IMG/VR virus record: IMGVR_UViG_3300038443_002533 | Coordinates: 208,471 to 272,470 of that record | Strand: one strand, 5' to 3' | DNA length: 64,000 nt | Source of the DNA: a virus | Lineage: Duplodnaviria > Caudoviricetes | In this document: in pieces, positions 44,900 through 55,167 of the stretch | Layout: each line of letters starts with the position of its first letter | Numbering within the stretch: the stretch's first letter is position 1 | Program-made: the position numbers and the translations under genes | Notes under the pieces: generated by a model | Seen by the model: only the letters and a program-made list of their open reading frames with translations | Databases searched by the model: none | What the model was told of the DNA's origin: nothing

Positions 44900-44993
44900 G
44901 TAAGGCCTTCAAAGAGGTCAAGGGTGATGCCGGATCATCCTATGCTAAGGTCCCGGCGACTATATAATTTCTCAAAAGAAGGATAAGTTCATC

Positions 44994-46238
44994 ATGTACC
45001 AACTCGTTTCCGCCCTGGTTAAACCGCTTGGCACGAACAGTCGGTGGCGCGCCATGGGTATTGATAACATGCCCTTGTCGGCCCTGTTTAACGATTTCAG
45101 CCGGGTGATTGCGATCTTGAGTAATCCGGTCCTCACCCACCAAGTCAGTCTGGACATGGAATCCTTCCGCGCTGACCTCGGCAGCTCGTCCCTGACCTTC
45201 AATGGTTGGCTGGCCAGTCAAGCCGATTTGGCTTTGCCCACTTCGGATTCCATCCCCACCATCAATACCCGTTACGCCCATTTCTCGGATGCGGTGCGCT
45301 CGGGCTTTAAGATCACCCCAACCCATCCCACTATCGCACCCGATTCTCCCTTGCCGGTAGGTGACAAGACCCACGTCCTGCTGACCCGGGACGGGGAAGA
45401 TTACGAACTCATGTATAAGCATTGCTTGGTCAATGTGAATGGGTTCTATCATCAAACCGATTACAGCACCGAAGGTTTGTATGTCACCGATGGCATGAAG
45501 ACGTGCCTGAAGTCAGGTCGCAATGAACTGGGGTTGTTGTCGTTCTTGAGTCTCGGTGAACTGAGCTTCATGGCGATCACCGACGACATGATTTATACCC
45601 ATCGACCGGAACAGCAACTGCGCTTTAACTGTTACGTGAAGACCGGGCAAGATCTGTCGAACAAAACCGTGATGCTGGTGTTGGGCGGGTATCTGCATCT
45701 GCTGGATGATCGGACGTTTTACCGCACCGGCCCCGGTTCATTCGGGATTGACTTCGATCAGATTCCGTTGATCGAACGTTACTACGAGTCGCACAAAGTC
45801 ATCGACTTCGACAGTCTGAATGTGGAAACCGCTCCCACCAATCCGGACCAGGTGAGTGTGAACAGTCTGTACAGTGATGCGGTGCTCCGTAAGTACCTGC
45901 AACTGTCGCAGAGCTTCCTGGTGGTGCTCGATAACACTGACATCTTCACGGATCGGGTCGAACTGCGCCAATCCCCGCTGATCGGGGTGTACACCTCGAT
46001 GACTTCGCCGATCTACCCCCTGTTGCTGGGTCGTGGCCGGCATGAAGTGTTCTGGCCGCGCAAGGAAGCCGATCGGTATTCGATCAATACCACGGCGGCT
46101 TGGGAAGGGCATCGCAACTTCGATACCACAGTCACCAAGGACTTGGTGTCGGTAAGTGATGCCAATATCGTCTCGCTCGGGTTTCGCAACTCGCAAGCGT
46201 GTCTGCAATTGATCGGCAGCGACATCTATACGGCTTAG
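44994..46238 (+). CDS. Conserved virion structural protein (tail/baseplate candidate)
   Basis: 414 aa, AAGGA RBS, next to spike genes; CLVNVNGFYHQTD segment. Confidence 0.55.
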   Translation: MYQLVSALVKPLGTNSRWRAMGIDNMPLSALFNDFSRVIAILSNPVLTHQVSLDMESFRADLGSSSLTFNGWLASQADLALPTSDSIPTINTRYAHFSDAVRSGFKITPTHPTIAPDSPLPVGDKTHVLLTRDGEDYELMYKHCLVNVNGFYHQTDYSTEGLYVTDGMKTCLKSGRNELGLLSFLSLGELSFMAITDDMIYTHRPEQQLRFNCYVKTGQDLSNKTVMLVLGGYLHLLDDRTFYRTGPGSFGIDFDQIPLIERYYESHKVIDFDSLNVETAPTNPDQVSVNSLYSDAVLRKYLQLSQSFLVVLDNTDIFTDRVELRQSPLIGVYTSMTSPIYPLLLGRGRHEVFWPRKEADRYSINTTAAWEGHRNFDTTVTKDLVSVSDANIVSLGFRNSQACLQLIGSDIYTA

Positions 46239-46242
46239 ACGG

Positions 46243-46280
46243 CATAGTCTCCAGCTACCCTACGGGGTAGCTGGAGTATG
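46243..46280. terminator. CATA...TATG-closed hairpin between convergent genes
   Basis: CATAGTCTCCAGCTACCC-TACG-GGGTAGCTGGAGTATG. Confidence 0.75.
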
Positions 46281-46281
46281 C

Positions 46282-46539
46282 TCACGTTGAGGTGGTGGAA
46301 CCGGTGCCGATAATGGTCGCCCCGCAGCCGGCTTTATCGCCACTGCGGATAATCCCTTTGCCATTGGCCGACGAACTGCCGGTTGCGGTGATCGGGGTGG
46401 TGCCATGCCCATGAATCGGGCATTGGTGCAAATCCCCATCGATCACGCCCGCGATCCCATCTACGGTGAATCCACCCGAGGCTTGGATGATAGTGCCGCC
46501 ATGGTCGCTCTGGTCACCCAGCTTTGCGATATTGCTCAT
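46282..46539 (-). CDS. PAAR-repeat spike tip (phiKZ gp163.1-like)
   Basis: AKLGDQSDHGG, GDLHQCPIHGHG, RSGDKAGCGA; His/Cys metal ligands. Confidence 0.9.
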   Translation of the reverse strand: MSNIAKLGDQSDHGGTIIQASGGFTVDGIAGVIDGDLHQCPIHGHGTTPITATGSSSANGKGIIRSGDKAGCGATIIGTGSTTST

Positions 46540-46551
46540 GCTGATCCTCCG

Positions 46552-47478
46552 TTATGCCAACGCCACACCGTGACTGATCTTCACGCCATTACCATCGATG
46601 TCGATGTGCCCGCCGGCTTTCTCACTGATGGTGCCGCTGGCGTTGAGGTTATACGTTCCGGTGCTTTCCTTCAGACTGTCGCTGGCGTTGACTTCATACG
46701 CTTTGGTGGATTCGGTGATACTGTCGCCCGAGGTGATCTTCACCGTCTCGCCGATTTCTTCCACCTTGTTCTTGGCACGCAGCGTATACGTTTCCGGCAC
46801 TTGGATGGTGAGGTTCTTTTTGTTGAGATCCATGTAGCAATCATCGGCGTTCTTGGCTGCGATCTGGCGTTCTTGCGAATCGAACAAAATGAAATTGCCC
46901 ACGTCGTCGGTGATTTGAATCCGACCGTCTTTGGCATTGATCTCAATGTCATACATGCAGAATTCGCCATTGGCTTTGCTGGTATGAAACCGTACCGCCC
47001 CACGGTGAGTCGAGATCTCAAAGAAGTAGTAACTCTCGCCATCGACTTCCGCACCTTCTTTCTGGGTGGCACTCCAGGCGTAGATCACGGTTTCCAGTTT
47101 GCGCAGCTTCATGTCATCCAACAGCGTGGTCCAGAAGAACTCGTTGCGGTCGGCGAAGCGGTACAGCACCACTTGGGCGCCACGACGGACATCCGGCGCC
47201 GTAAAGCGGTTGTCATTGCCAAGCGGAATCCACGTGGCTGGGACGCTGTTGGCCGTGGTGGTTTGGACACTGGTGACTCCACCCGTACTGTCAGTCAGAC
47301 TGGCGGTATCGGTCACGATGCCCGATTTGACTTCACCGTCCAATAACGTCAGGTCTTCAACCGGCGTGATTTCCACCACCCGATTGGGTTTCCCATCAGG
47401 ACCGGTCAGCTTCTTATTCTCCGCGACGATCCCGTAGGAGTAAAACTTCAATTCGGATGCTTGGCCTGCCAGTGGCAT
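46552..47478 (-). CDS. Central spike protein (phiKZ gp164-like; OB-fold + beta-helix)
   Basis: WIPLGNDNRFTAPDVRRGAQV OB-fold-like segment, repetitive beta-strand C-terminus; directly upstream of PAAR. Confidence 0.8.
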   Translation of the reverse strand: MPLAGQASELKFYSYGIVAENKKLTGPDGKPNRVVEITPVEDLTLLDGEVKSGIVTDTASLTDSTGGVTSVQTTTANSVPATWIPLGNDNRFTAPDVRRGAQVVLYRFADRNEFFWTTLLDDMKLRKLETVIYAWSATQKEGAEVDGESYYFFEISTHRGAVRFHTSKANGEFCMYDIEINAKDGRIQITDDVGNFILFDSQERQIAAKNADDCYMDLNKKNLTIQVPETYTLRAKNKVEEIGETVKITSGDSITESTKAYEVNASDSLKESTGTYNLNASGTISEKAGGHIDIDGNGVKISHGVALA

Positions 47479-47549
47479 AGCGCCTCCTTAAAATGAAAAA
47501 TGATTACGGCTGTGTATGTTCTGTAAAAGACCCATATTAGAAAGCATCC

Positions 47550-50123
47550 ATGTACCGAATTCTTTCTCTGACGCTGGTCGGGTTCACACGGATTGCCCTC
47601 AATGAAATCCGTAAGATCACCCTCACCCCCAGCTCCAATATCCAATTGATTCTCGGCACCAACGGTTGCGGCAAGAGTTCACTGTTGGATCAACTCACCC
47701 CTCTCCCCGCAGAGAAAAACGACTTCTTTAAAGGCGGTAGCAAGACCATTGAGATCGAAAGCCAAGGGCATCGGTTCGTGTGCACCAGCCGCCGTGGTGA
47801 CCGTGACATGGAGCACAGCTTCCTCATGGACGATGAGGAGTTGAATCCGGGCGGGACAGCCACAGTGCAGAACGATCTGTGCAAACAATTCTTCCACGTC
47901 ACTGGTGATTCGCATGACTTGATGCGCGGCTTGGTGCGGTTCACCCAAATGGCCCCGGCCAAACGCCGTGAGTGGTTGATTGCGTTGTGCGATAACGACA
48001 ACGCGTTCGCGCTCGAAGGTTACGATAAGTTGCGTAAACGCGCCACCCAACTCGGCGGCGCAGTTGAACTGAACAAAAAGAATCTGGGCACCGAGACCGC
48101 CAAGATCATCTCGGACGCCGAAGAAGCCAAGCTCGAACAAGAAGTTAAAGAGTTGTTGGCCGAACTTCAGATTCTGCAAGCCGAACGGATTCCGGTCGAA
48201 CAATCTTCGCAACACCATCTGGACCAACGCACCCGCGCACTGCAAGCGCTGCATGATGTCTCGATGCGGTTGTTGCGCAACAAGGTGGTGGTGCCGTACG
48301 CGTACACCGATGGCCGGATCGAACGGGACGATTGGGGGCAGATCAAACGGGCCTCGTTTAAGTCGCTCGACGAGATCGATACCGAGATCGATCGCTTGAA
48401 GCATATCGTCACTGGCCGCGAAGCGACCTTGACCGCGGTGACTGAGCAATACAACAAACTGCAACGGCAATACGACATCTTGATCAAGGCCGGTGCGGAA
48501 GGCGTTGAGAGCCTCACCAAACGCATCCAGGAAAGCCGTCAGAACGTGACAGAGCGCGTCAACCGCTTGCGCCTGGGGTTGGTGTTCAACGACGCGAAAA
48601 ACGCCTTACAAACGCTGGAAACGATCGAGGCACCCCTCGTGGATATGCTGCGGGTGTTGCCCATCAATAGCGAGGATGAAGAGTCGGGTCGTCGTTATGG
48701 TCGCGCCCGCTATGAAGGCATGCAACAACAGTGGCAAAGCGTGGTCGATACCATGAACAAGCACGCGGAAGCCTTGCACCGCATGAATGGGCAAAAGGAA
48801 CATGCGGATCTGCATCGGGGGAAAAACAAGCATACCTGTCCAGCCTGTCAGCACAGCTGGGTGGTCGGCATCGATGATACCCAATACGCCAAATTAGTGG
48901 CGGATATCCAAGAGGCCACCCAAAAGCTGCGGGCCTTGCAAACCACCGAAGCGGGGTTGAAGAAAGAGTTGCTCGAAGTCGAAGCGTACTTCAACCAATA
49001 CCGCGATGTGATGGCGTACACCAAAACCGTAACGGCCCTGCGTCCGTTCTGGGAACATCTGGTGTATTCCAAAACCATCACCGAAGCGCCGCTGGAAGCC
49101 GTATCGATGGTGCAACAACTTCGGCGTGATCTGCTGGTCTCGATTGAAATCCAAGAGTTGGAAGAATCGATTCAAGATTTGACCAAACTGCGGGCCCAAG
49201 CGGAAGAAGTCGGGGATGCTAACGTCAGCAAAGTGCGGACGCAGATGGCCTCGCTCGGGGAACAACTCGGGATCTTGACTGCGGGTCTGTCACAAGTCCA
49301 ACGGGCCGTGGCCGAATACATGGAGTACCGCCGTCAGATCAACACGGGGTTGCAGCTGAACGAAGAGCTGAAACGTCTGCACGATGCGGTTGAGCAGCAA
49401 CACTACGACCATATCGAAGCGTTCCGCCGTGAGAGCATTCAACACTGTCTGCGGGAAGTGGAGAATGCCCTGTCGCTGCGCCAAGAGTCACTCCGTGCAG
49501 CCCGACGTCAAAAGGAATTGGTGGAGGCCTTGAAGCAACAAGTCCAACGGTTCGAGTTGCAAGAGGCTGCTGCCAAGACCATGGTCAAAGCGTTGTCACC
49601 CACCAATGGCTTGATCGCCGAAGGGTTGCTGGGTTTCATCCGGGCGTTCGTCGGACAGATGAATACCTACATCAATCAAATCTGGCTGTACCCACTTCAG
49701 ATCATCCCGACGGGCTTTGATCCCGACAAGCGGGAACAAACCGTGGACTTGGATTACAAGTTCAAGCTCATGGTCGATCGCGAAGACACCATCGTCAAGG
49801 ACGTGTCCTTGGCCAGTGAAGGGCAGAAAGAAATGATTGATCTGGCATTTAAAGAGATCGCGCTGCGGTATCTGAATCTGTCGGATACTCCTCACATTTT
49901 TGATGAGGCTGGAAAAACCTTCGACGACGAACACCGGGATTCGTTCACCAATGCGCTGAAGTGGAAAGTCGATAACACCAACTGCCCACAACTGTTCATG
50001 GTGAGTCACTATGCGGTGAACTACTCATCCTTCTCGAACGCGGAACTCTGTGTCATCGATGACCGCAACGTGGTCTTGCCTTCTGGTCGCACTTATAATC
50101 AACATGTGCAACTTTCACATTGA
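47550..50123 (+). CDS. sbcC: SbcC/Rad50-like SMC ATPase (phiKZ gp165-like)
   Basis: Walker A GTNGCGKS, coiled coils with zinc hook CPAC, signature ASEGQ, Walker B HIFDE, H-loop VSH. Confidence 0.9.
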   Translation: MYRILSLTLVGFTRIALNEIRKITLTPSSNIQLILGTNGCGKSSLLDQLTPLPAEKNDFFKGGSKTIEIESQGHRFVCTSRRGDRDMEHSFLMDDEELNPGGTATVQNDLCKQFFHVTGDSHDLMRGLVRFTQMAPAKRREWLIALCDNDNAFALEGYDKLRKRATQLGGAVELNKKNLGTETAKIISDAEEAKLEQEVKELLAELQILQAERIPVEQSSQHHLDQRTRALQALHDVSMRLLRNKVVVPYAYTDGRIERDDWGQIKRASFKSLDEIDTEIDRLKHIVTGREATLTAVTEQYNKLQRQYDILIKAGAEGVESLTKRIQESRQNVTERVNRLRLGLVFNDAKNALQTLETIEAPLVDMLRVLPINSEDEESGRRYGRARYEGMQQQWQSVVDTMNKHAEALHRMNGQKEHADLHRGKNKHTCPACQHSWVVGIDDTQYAKLVADIQEATQKLRALQTTEAGLKKELLEVEAYFNQYRDVMAYTKTVTALRPFWEHLVYSKTITEAPLEAVSMVQQLRRDLLVSIEIQELEESIQDLTKLRAQAEEVGDANVSKVRTQMASLGEQLGILTAGLSQVQRAVAEYMEYRRQINTGLQLNEELKRLHDAVEQQHYDHIEAFRRESIQHCLREVENALSLRQESLRAARRQKELVEALKQQVQRFELQEAAAKTMVKALSPTNGLIAEGLLGFIRAFVGQMNTYINQIWLYPLQIIPTGFDPDKREQTVDLDYKFKLMVDREDTIVKDVSLASEGQKEMIDLAFKEIALRYLNLSDTPHIFDEAGKTFDDEHRDSFTNALKWKVDNTNCPQLFMVSHYAVNYSSFSNAELCVIDDRNVVLPSGRTYNQHVQLSH

Positions 50124-50127
50124 GTGA

Positions 50128-50162
50128 CATACTCCCGCCCCCGTAAGGGAGCGGGAGCTATG
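50128..50162. terminator. CATA...TATG-closed hairpin between convergent genes
   Basis: CATACTCCCGCCCCC-GTAA-GGGAGCGGGAGCTATG. Confidence 0.75.
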
Positions 50163-50175
50163 CCGTTAAAAACAT

Positions 50176-50793
50176 TTACTGATGGGCCAACACGTACGCT
50201 TCCAAGTCATTGTACTTCTGCTGCAATGCATTGAGTGCGTTTTCAGCCGACAGTCGACGGGCCATTTCGGTGATGACGTTATCCATCACGGCTTGGCGCG
50301 CCGCCTCGATGGTCGCTGCATCATCCACCGACAGGTACGTCAGCGATGATGCCAAAGTCGCTCGCACTTGGGCATTGTCCACCCCCAGCAAATCATGGGC
50401 CAACTCAGCCACTTGATTCATGAAGTAGGTCAAGCTCAAGTCTTGCGGTAACGCCCCGAGGTTGATCCCCACCAGCATGGTGGCGTAGGGGACCCCCATC
50501 GCGATCGGTAGCGAAATCAGGTAGCTGTTGGGTACCGCCACTGGTTCACCATCCGACGCCGTCAGCGAGATGATGCAGACATTGTTACTGATGTCGTCCG
50601 CGTACACCGTTTGGTCAAGACCGTACGGCGTGTAATACAACGCAAAAGGATCCTTCCCTTCTGCGACGATGTCTTGCAAGGTGCGAATACCAGTGACCTG
50701 GTACGGGGTGTTGTCAGCACACAGCCCCGCGAACGGGGCCTTGAGCTTGATCACCCCCGTCGCACCCAGATTGGGGACGATGTATTGGGTCAT
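50176..50793 (-). CDS. Conserved hypothetical protein
   Basis: 205 aa; 4-nt overlap with the upstream structural gene; C-terminal coiled coil. Confidence 0.65.
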   Translation of the reverse strand: MTQYIVPNLGATGVIKLKAPFAGLCADNTPYQVTGIRTLQDIVAEGKDPFALYYTPYGLDQTVYADDISNNVCIISLTASDGEPVAVPNSYLISLPIAMGVPYATMLVGINLGALPQDLSLTYFMNQVAELAHDLLGVDNAQVRATLASSLTYLSVDDAATIEAARQAVMDNVITEMARRLSAENALNALQQKYNDLEAYVLAHQ

Positions 50794-52085
50794 GCTGCAT
50801 CCACACTCGATTTAGCCACCACCAGATAGTTCACGTTCTGGTAGCTCTTGGTCACGTACAGAATCCCATCGCGCATGACCTTGTTCATCCCGACCGGCAC
50901 GCTGGTGAATTGCGTCACGGTTTCTGCGGCCACCAGCATGTCTTCCAACATCGCAGCCCAGGTCTGGGTCGCTGCTTTCATGCGATTGAAGTCGAGCGAC
51001 GTCGAACTCACCGAGATCAAATCGGGGAACATACCGGGCAGCCGGTACACGGCATTGCGGTTATCGGGCGAACCCACCGAGCACAAGCTGACCGAGCGAT
51101 ACGGATGGCTGTACATCGTCAGGTTCGCATCAATATGAGTCGGTGGGTACTGGGTGGCGAAGCTGGCCATCTTGGCACTGACATCGGCATACACCATTTG
51201 GGGCGAGTAAATCCCGATGGTGAGTTCCTTGTTAGGGATCGCGAGTTGATCCCACAGCGGCAAAATGATGAATTCGGTTCGCTTGAAAATATCGGGAAAA
51301 TACTTCACCCAGTCATCTCGGCTATGGGTCGAGTTGGCCAGGATGTATGCCATGATCGCGTCTTTGATCGAGTCCGGATTGTCTCCGGCTGGACCATAGA
51401 TCAGCACGCTCCAATCGGTGGCGATGGTGTGATTGGAGTTGAGCGGATCCACCCAATTGAAGGTATTGGTGCGGATGTAGGTCTCCGCATAACCTTGCTT
51501 GACAGCCATGATGCGGTTCATTGCATCGGTGCTCGTCAACGCACTGACGTAGGTTTGTACTTGATCCCCGTCTTTAAAGAAGTTATCCAGCGTGTCAAAC
51601 GGCGGTACCACGTAGATCTCGGTCTCGTCGTACTGCAACTGGAAACTGCCATCCACAAACCAGACCCTGTGGAAGTTATCCGGATGGGCCGTATCGCTCA
51701 GGTTTTTCCACGAGACCCATTCGGGCAGGGTTACCCCGCCCGCAGTAATCATATTCCCACATGCGAAGTTACCCGCTTGGCCGGCATAATTGGTCAAGAG
51801 GTTTTGCAGCAACACCGCCGCCGTGACATTGGCGTGGGTGTAGATGAAGTTACCAATGTCGAGCGTTTGTTGCACGGTACCAACCGGCATCACAACGGCC
51901 GTACCGTCGACTTTGGAAATGAAGTTATACAGCACCAAATCGGGCGCCTTGGTTTTGTCGCTGTAAATACCCTTCTCACGCGAGAATGTGCGCGCGTTAT
52001 CTGACAACTCACCCGCCACTGCCACCACACCCGGTGTGTTATTGGCGAGGGTGTTATTGGTCATGAAACTTTTTTGTACGTACAT
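50790..52085 (-). CDS. Probable virion structural protein
   Basis: 431 aa; NNTPGVVAVAGELS and FPDIFKRTEF segments; position between SbcC and RNase H blocks. Confidence 0.55.
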   Translation of the reverse strand: MYVQKSFMTNNTLANNTPGVVAVAGELSDNARTFSREKGIYSDKTKAPDLVLYNFISKVDGTAVVMPVGTVQQTLDIGNFIYTHANVTAAVLLQNLLTNYAGQAGNFACGNMITAGGVTLPEWVSWKNLSDTAHPDNFHRVWFVDGSFQLQYDETEIYVVPPFDTLDNFFKDGDQVQTYVSALTSTDAMNRIMAVKQGYAETYIRTNTFNWVDPLNSNHTIATDWSVLIYGPAGDNPDSIKDAIMAYILANSTHSRDDWVKYFPDIFKRTEFIILPLWDQLAIPNKELTIGIYSPQMVYADVSAKMASFATQYPPTHIDANLTMYSHPYRSVSLCSVGSPDNRNAVYRLPGMFPDLISVSSTSLDFNRMKAATQTWAAMLEDMLVAAETVTQFTSVPVGMNKVMRDGILYVTKSYQNVNYLVVAKSSVDAA

Positions 52086-52177
52086 CGAATTCTCCTGCCG
52101 CTAGGTTGGCGTGGGGTGAAAGTATAAAGGCCGATGTCTGGCCCGGGATCTATAAAATAACTTAAAAGGAATGCAGG

Positions 52178-52609
52178 ATGTCTTTCTTAGCGCTTATATT
52201 TAAAGCCATCCCTTATTTGGTACCGTTCTTGCGAGAAATGATACTGGGTAAGAAAACGTGGCGGCAAGCCTTTCGGGAAAATCGCGGTAAGACGATCCTC
52301 GCCATCATCGTAATCATCTCCCTGGTGTTCAATGTGTTGTTGATGACCAAGGCTGGCACACTCGCGTACCACTACTTGGAACTCACCCGGGCCAATGACG
52401 AACTCAAGCAAAAGATGACGACGCTGGAGCACGCCAAGGCACCGGTAGAAGGATCGAATCGGCACCCGATCGTCAACAACACGGAAGTGGCCACAGAAAT
52501 CAAGAAGGACACTAAGGCCCGCCCCGTGGTCAAAGCGGACAGTAACTTAGCAGAAGAAGTGCGGACGGACTTTGAACGTATTCGACAACGTGAAGCCAAA
52601 GAACATTAA
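52178..52609 (+). CDS. Membrane protein with TM helix and coiled coil
   Basis: TILAIIVIISLVFNVLLM followed by ELTRANDELKQKMTTLE. Confidence 0.6.
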   Translation: MSFLALIFKAIPYLVPFLREMILGKKTWRQAFRENRGKTILAIIVIISLVFNVLLMTKAGTLAYHYLELTRANDELKQKMTTLEHAKAPVEGSNRHPIVNNTEVATEIKKDTKARPVVKADSNLAEEVRTDFERIRQREAKEH

Positions 52610-52627
52610 GCCAATAGGGATTCCAAC

Positions 52628-53047
52628 ATGCAACGGTCAACTAAAATCGTCGCTTCCACATTCATTTTGGTATTAGGTGGTTGCGGTAGCTTCAACAACA
52701 GTTTCAATACTTACTCGTTCCCACTGGGGCACACGGAAAACATTCCGCCGCAACACGCGGAGCATGAACCGATCGACCCCAACGGGATCGTGATCAGTCC
52801 GCCTCAACAGATCACGGTGGAAGTCAGTCGCCCACCCTGTGGGGCATTGCCCTACGTGCCGCCGGATGCGCCGCCTGAGTTGCCCAACAAAGCGCTTGCA
52901 GCCGCCAACGGTGATGTGTACGCGATTGAGCGCATCGAACGCCGCCATATCGATGAGCTGCGCGCTTACATCAGCGAATGGAAACGGCAAAACCGCGCTG
53001 CTCGGGAGAACTTCAATATCCGCTGCGACGTGGTGAGTAAAGAATAA
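52628..53047 (+). CDS. Lipoprotein, Pro-rich with helical C-terminus
   Basis: Lipobox LGG/C at aa 19; PPCGALPYVPPDAPPELP; C-terminal Cys. Confidence 0.7.
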   Translation: MQRSTKIVASTFILVLGGCGSFNNSFNTYSFPLGHTENIPPQHAEHEPIDPNGIVISPPQQITVEVSRPPCGALPYVPPDAPPELPNKALAAANGDVYAIERIERRHIDELRAYISEWKRQNRAARENFNIRCDVVSKE

Positions 53048-53133
53048 ATCACGCTAAACAATCGGTTTTTTATCCTGATGCCTCATCCTTTAGACCAGTG
53101 ATGGCTTTACATTTTTAGACATGGATACGAGGT

Positions 53134-54657
53134 ATGGCCAAGAAAAAAGAAGCAGAAGAGAAAGTGCCTGGTATGAAAGGCATGATGGTGCATTGCGATG
53201 GCAGCGCACGTCCGAACGGAGTGTGGGCAGGCTGGGGCATGCACGGATACATCTACGAGGCCACGGAACCGACCAAAGGGACCGGTAACTCGGATTACGT
53301 GTTGACTGCCAATGACTACCTGACCAAAGTCGAAAAGGCAACGATGCCGGCGCTGCCGCTGGTGACGCCCCTGTATTACGTCGACGGGTTCGGGGCTCTG
53401 CCCCATGGCTCCAGCAACAATCAAGCGGAACTGACGGCCTTGATCGAAGCGTTTAAACTCGCGCTCGACCAAGACGTGAAGAAGCTGCGGATTTGGTCCG
53501 ACAGCAACTACACGGTCAAAGGCATCACGATCGATGTGTTTCGCTGGGAAAAGAATGGTTGGCGTCTGGCCAGTGGTGAACCGGCCAAGAACGTCGACCT
53601 GTGGGAACAAGCCAAAGCACTGTATCTGGAAGTGCAAGCACGCGGGATCGATGTCGCAGTGAACTGGGTCAAAGGCCATGGGGTCGAAACCGATTCCGGT
53701 ACCTTCGGCAATGAGCTGGCGGATGGCTTGGCGTTTGTCGGTATGCGCTACGCCACCAACGGCCAGATGGAAAAGCGCATCGATCTGTCCCCGCCCGAAG
53801 GGTACTGGAAGTACGACAGCAACCGGCACCCGTTCATCATGCATCGCCGCATGTACTACAACACGCTGCCAGAGACCAACATCCCGGGCGAGTATTGCTT
53901 GGGCGAACATGACAAGGACGACGATCTGGCCGGCAAACGCATGGCCAATGGCGCCTATGCCTACGTGCGGCTGGAACAACCAGAACCAGCGCTCGAAGCC
54001 GTGCGACGTCACAGCTGCGAGGTGGCGGCAGGGGAAGACACGGTGATGATCGCGCGGGTCGACTACATCTACAAGGCGGAAGTGCATCGTTATCTGAAAC
54101 AATACGGTAACCATGTGCTGAACAATCCGAGTGATGCCAAGTCGCGTTTGGATGCGGTGGTGCGGGAAAAGAAAGAGCATGTCACCCGTGAACACAACCC
54201 ACCACTCTTGATTGCGCGGTGCGAAAACGAGCTGGCTCAATTGAAGGAAATTCTGGATGATTACCTCGCTGGCAACACCGAGATGGTCACCACAGACATC
54301 ACTCCGTTAATTTATGAGTCTTTAGTCGAAACCAATAAAAAGGGCGACGAAAAGCGAGTGACCAAGTTGCGTTCGGAATTCGTGGTGGGGACGGATAAGA
54401 TGTCTGCCACGGTGAATTACCGGCGTCCGGGACAAGCCACGGTTGAGTCCACCAACATTAATTTGTTGCTGGGTTTGGATTTGCTCGACCGTAACGCGTT
54501 GCGTCGACTCGAAGACTTAGAGCCAGAGGTCCGTTTAGTTACCTGGTCGGAAGAGCCACAGGCCTTCCGATTTGCCACCATCATTAAAGTGAATGGCGCG
54601 GTCGGGATCTGGAGCGGTTCCTACAGCAATCTCAGACTGCTTAATCCTCAACAATAA
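53134..54657 (+). CDS. rnhA: RNase HI with C-terminal extension (phiKZ gp155-like)
   Basis: HCDGSAR, SNNQAELTAL, WSDSNY, WVKGH, GNELADGLA. Confidence 0.9.
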   Translation: MAKKKEAEEKVPGMKGMMVHCDGSARPNGVWAGWGMHGYIYEATEPTKGTGNSDYVLTANDYLTKVEKATMPALPLVTPLYYVDGFGALPHGSSNNQAELTALIEAFKLALDQDVKKLRIWSDSNYTVKGITIDVFRWEKNGWRLASGEPAKNVDLWEQAKALYLEVQARGIDVAVNWVKGHGVETDSGTFGNELADGLAFVGMRYATNGQMEKRIDLSPPEGYWKYDSNRHPFIMHRRMYYNTLPETNIPGEYCLGEHDKDDDLAGKRMANGAYAYVRLEQPEPALEAVRRHSCEVAAGEDTVMIARVDYIYKAEVHRYLKQYGNHVLNNPSDAKSRLDAVVREKKEHVTREHNPPLLIARCENELAQLKEILDDYLAGNTEMVTTDITPLIYESLVETNKKGDEKRVTKLRSEFVVGTDKMSATVNYRRPGQATVESTNINLLLGLDLLDRNALRRLEDLEPEVRLVTWSEEPQAFRFATIIKVNGAVGIWSGSYSNLRLLNPQQ

Positions 54658-54702
54658 GGAGTAAGCGCTTATTAACACGGGCCAAGCCCAAGGAGTCCTA
54701 TC

Positions 54703-55104
54703 ATGCTCAAGCGATTTATCAGCAGGCTGTTGAACGAAAAATTACCCACCAAGACCAAACGGCAAGTGTTCTTGGTCTCGTTCGCGGCACTGCTGAGAGG
54801 CGCGACGACGTACGATCGAGAGATCTTTCAGCGGTTAAACCATGTCCTGGCTTTGTCGGAAACGGGCGAATCGGCTTTGGCCGTGCCGGCGATTCTGTCC
54901 AAAGTCATCTGGGATGGCAAGACCACGTACGAGATCTGTCAAGAAGATGTCACGCAAGGTAGTTTCACTGCGGATCGGATCGCTACCGTCGTTGCCAACA
55001 TTCTGAATAGCATGCCCTCGTGGCTGCTGTATGGAAATCGAGAAGAAATCGAGTCGGACATCGCTGTCATACTCAAAGGCCGTATTGAGCTGTTAGGCGC
55101 CTAA
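54703..55104 (+). CDS. Conserved hypothetical protein
   Basis: AAGGAG RBS; 133 aa. Confidence 0.6.
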   Translation: MLKRFISRLLNEKLPTKTKRQVFLVSFAALLRGATTYDREIFQRLNHVLALSETGESALAVPAILSKVIWDGKTTYEICQEDVTQGSFTADRIATVVANILNSMPSWLLYGNREEIESDIAVILKGRIELLGA

Positions 55105-55122
55105 ACCCCGCGCCCGAAACGA

Positions 55123-55165
55123 CATACTCCCACCCGTCCCCTAAAGGGGCGGGCGGGGGCCTATG
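55123..55165. terminator. CATA...TATG-closed hairpin between convergent genes
   Basis: CATACTCCCACCCGTCCCC-TAAA-GGGGCGGGCGGGGGCCTATG. Confidence 0.7.
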
Positions 55166-55167
55166 CC

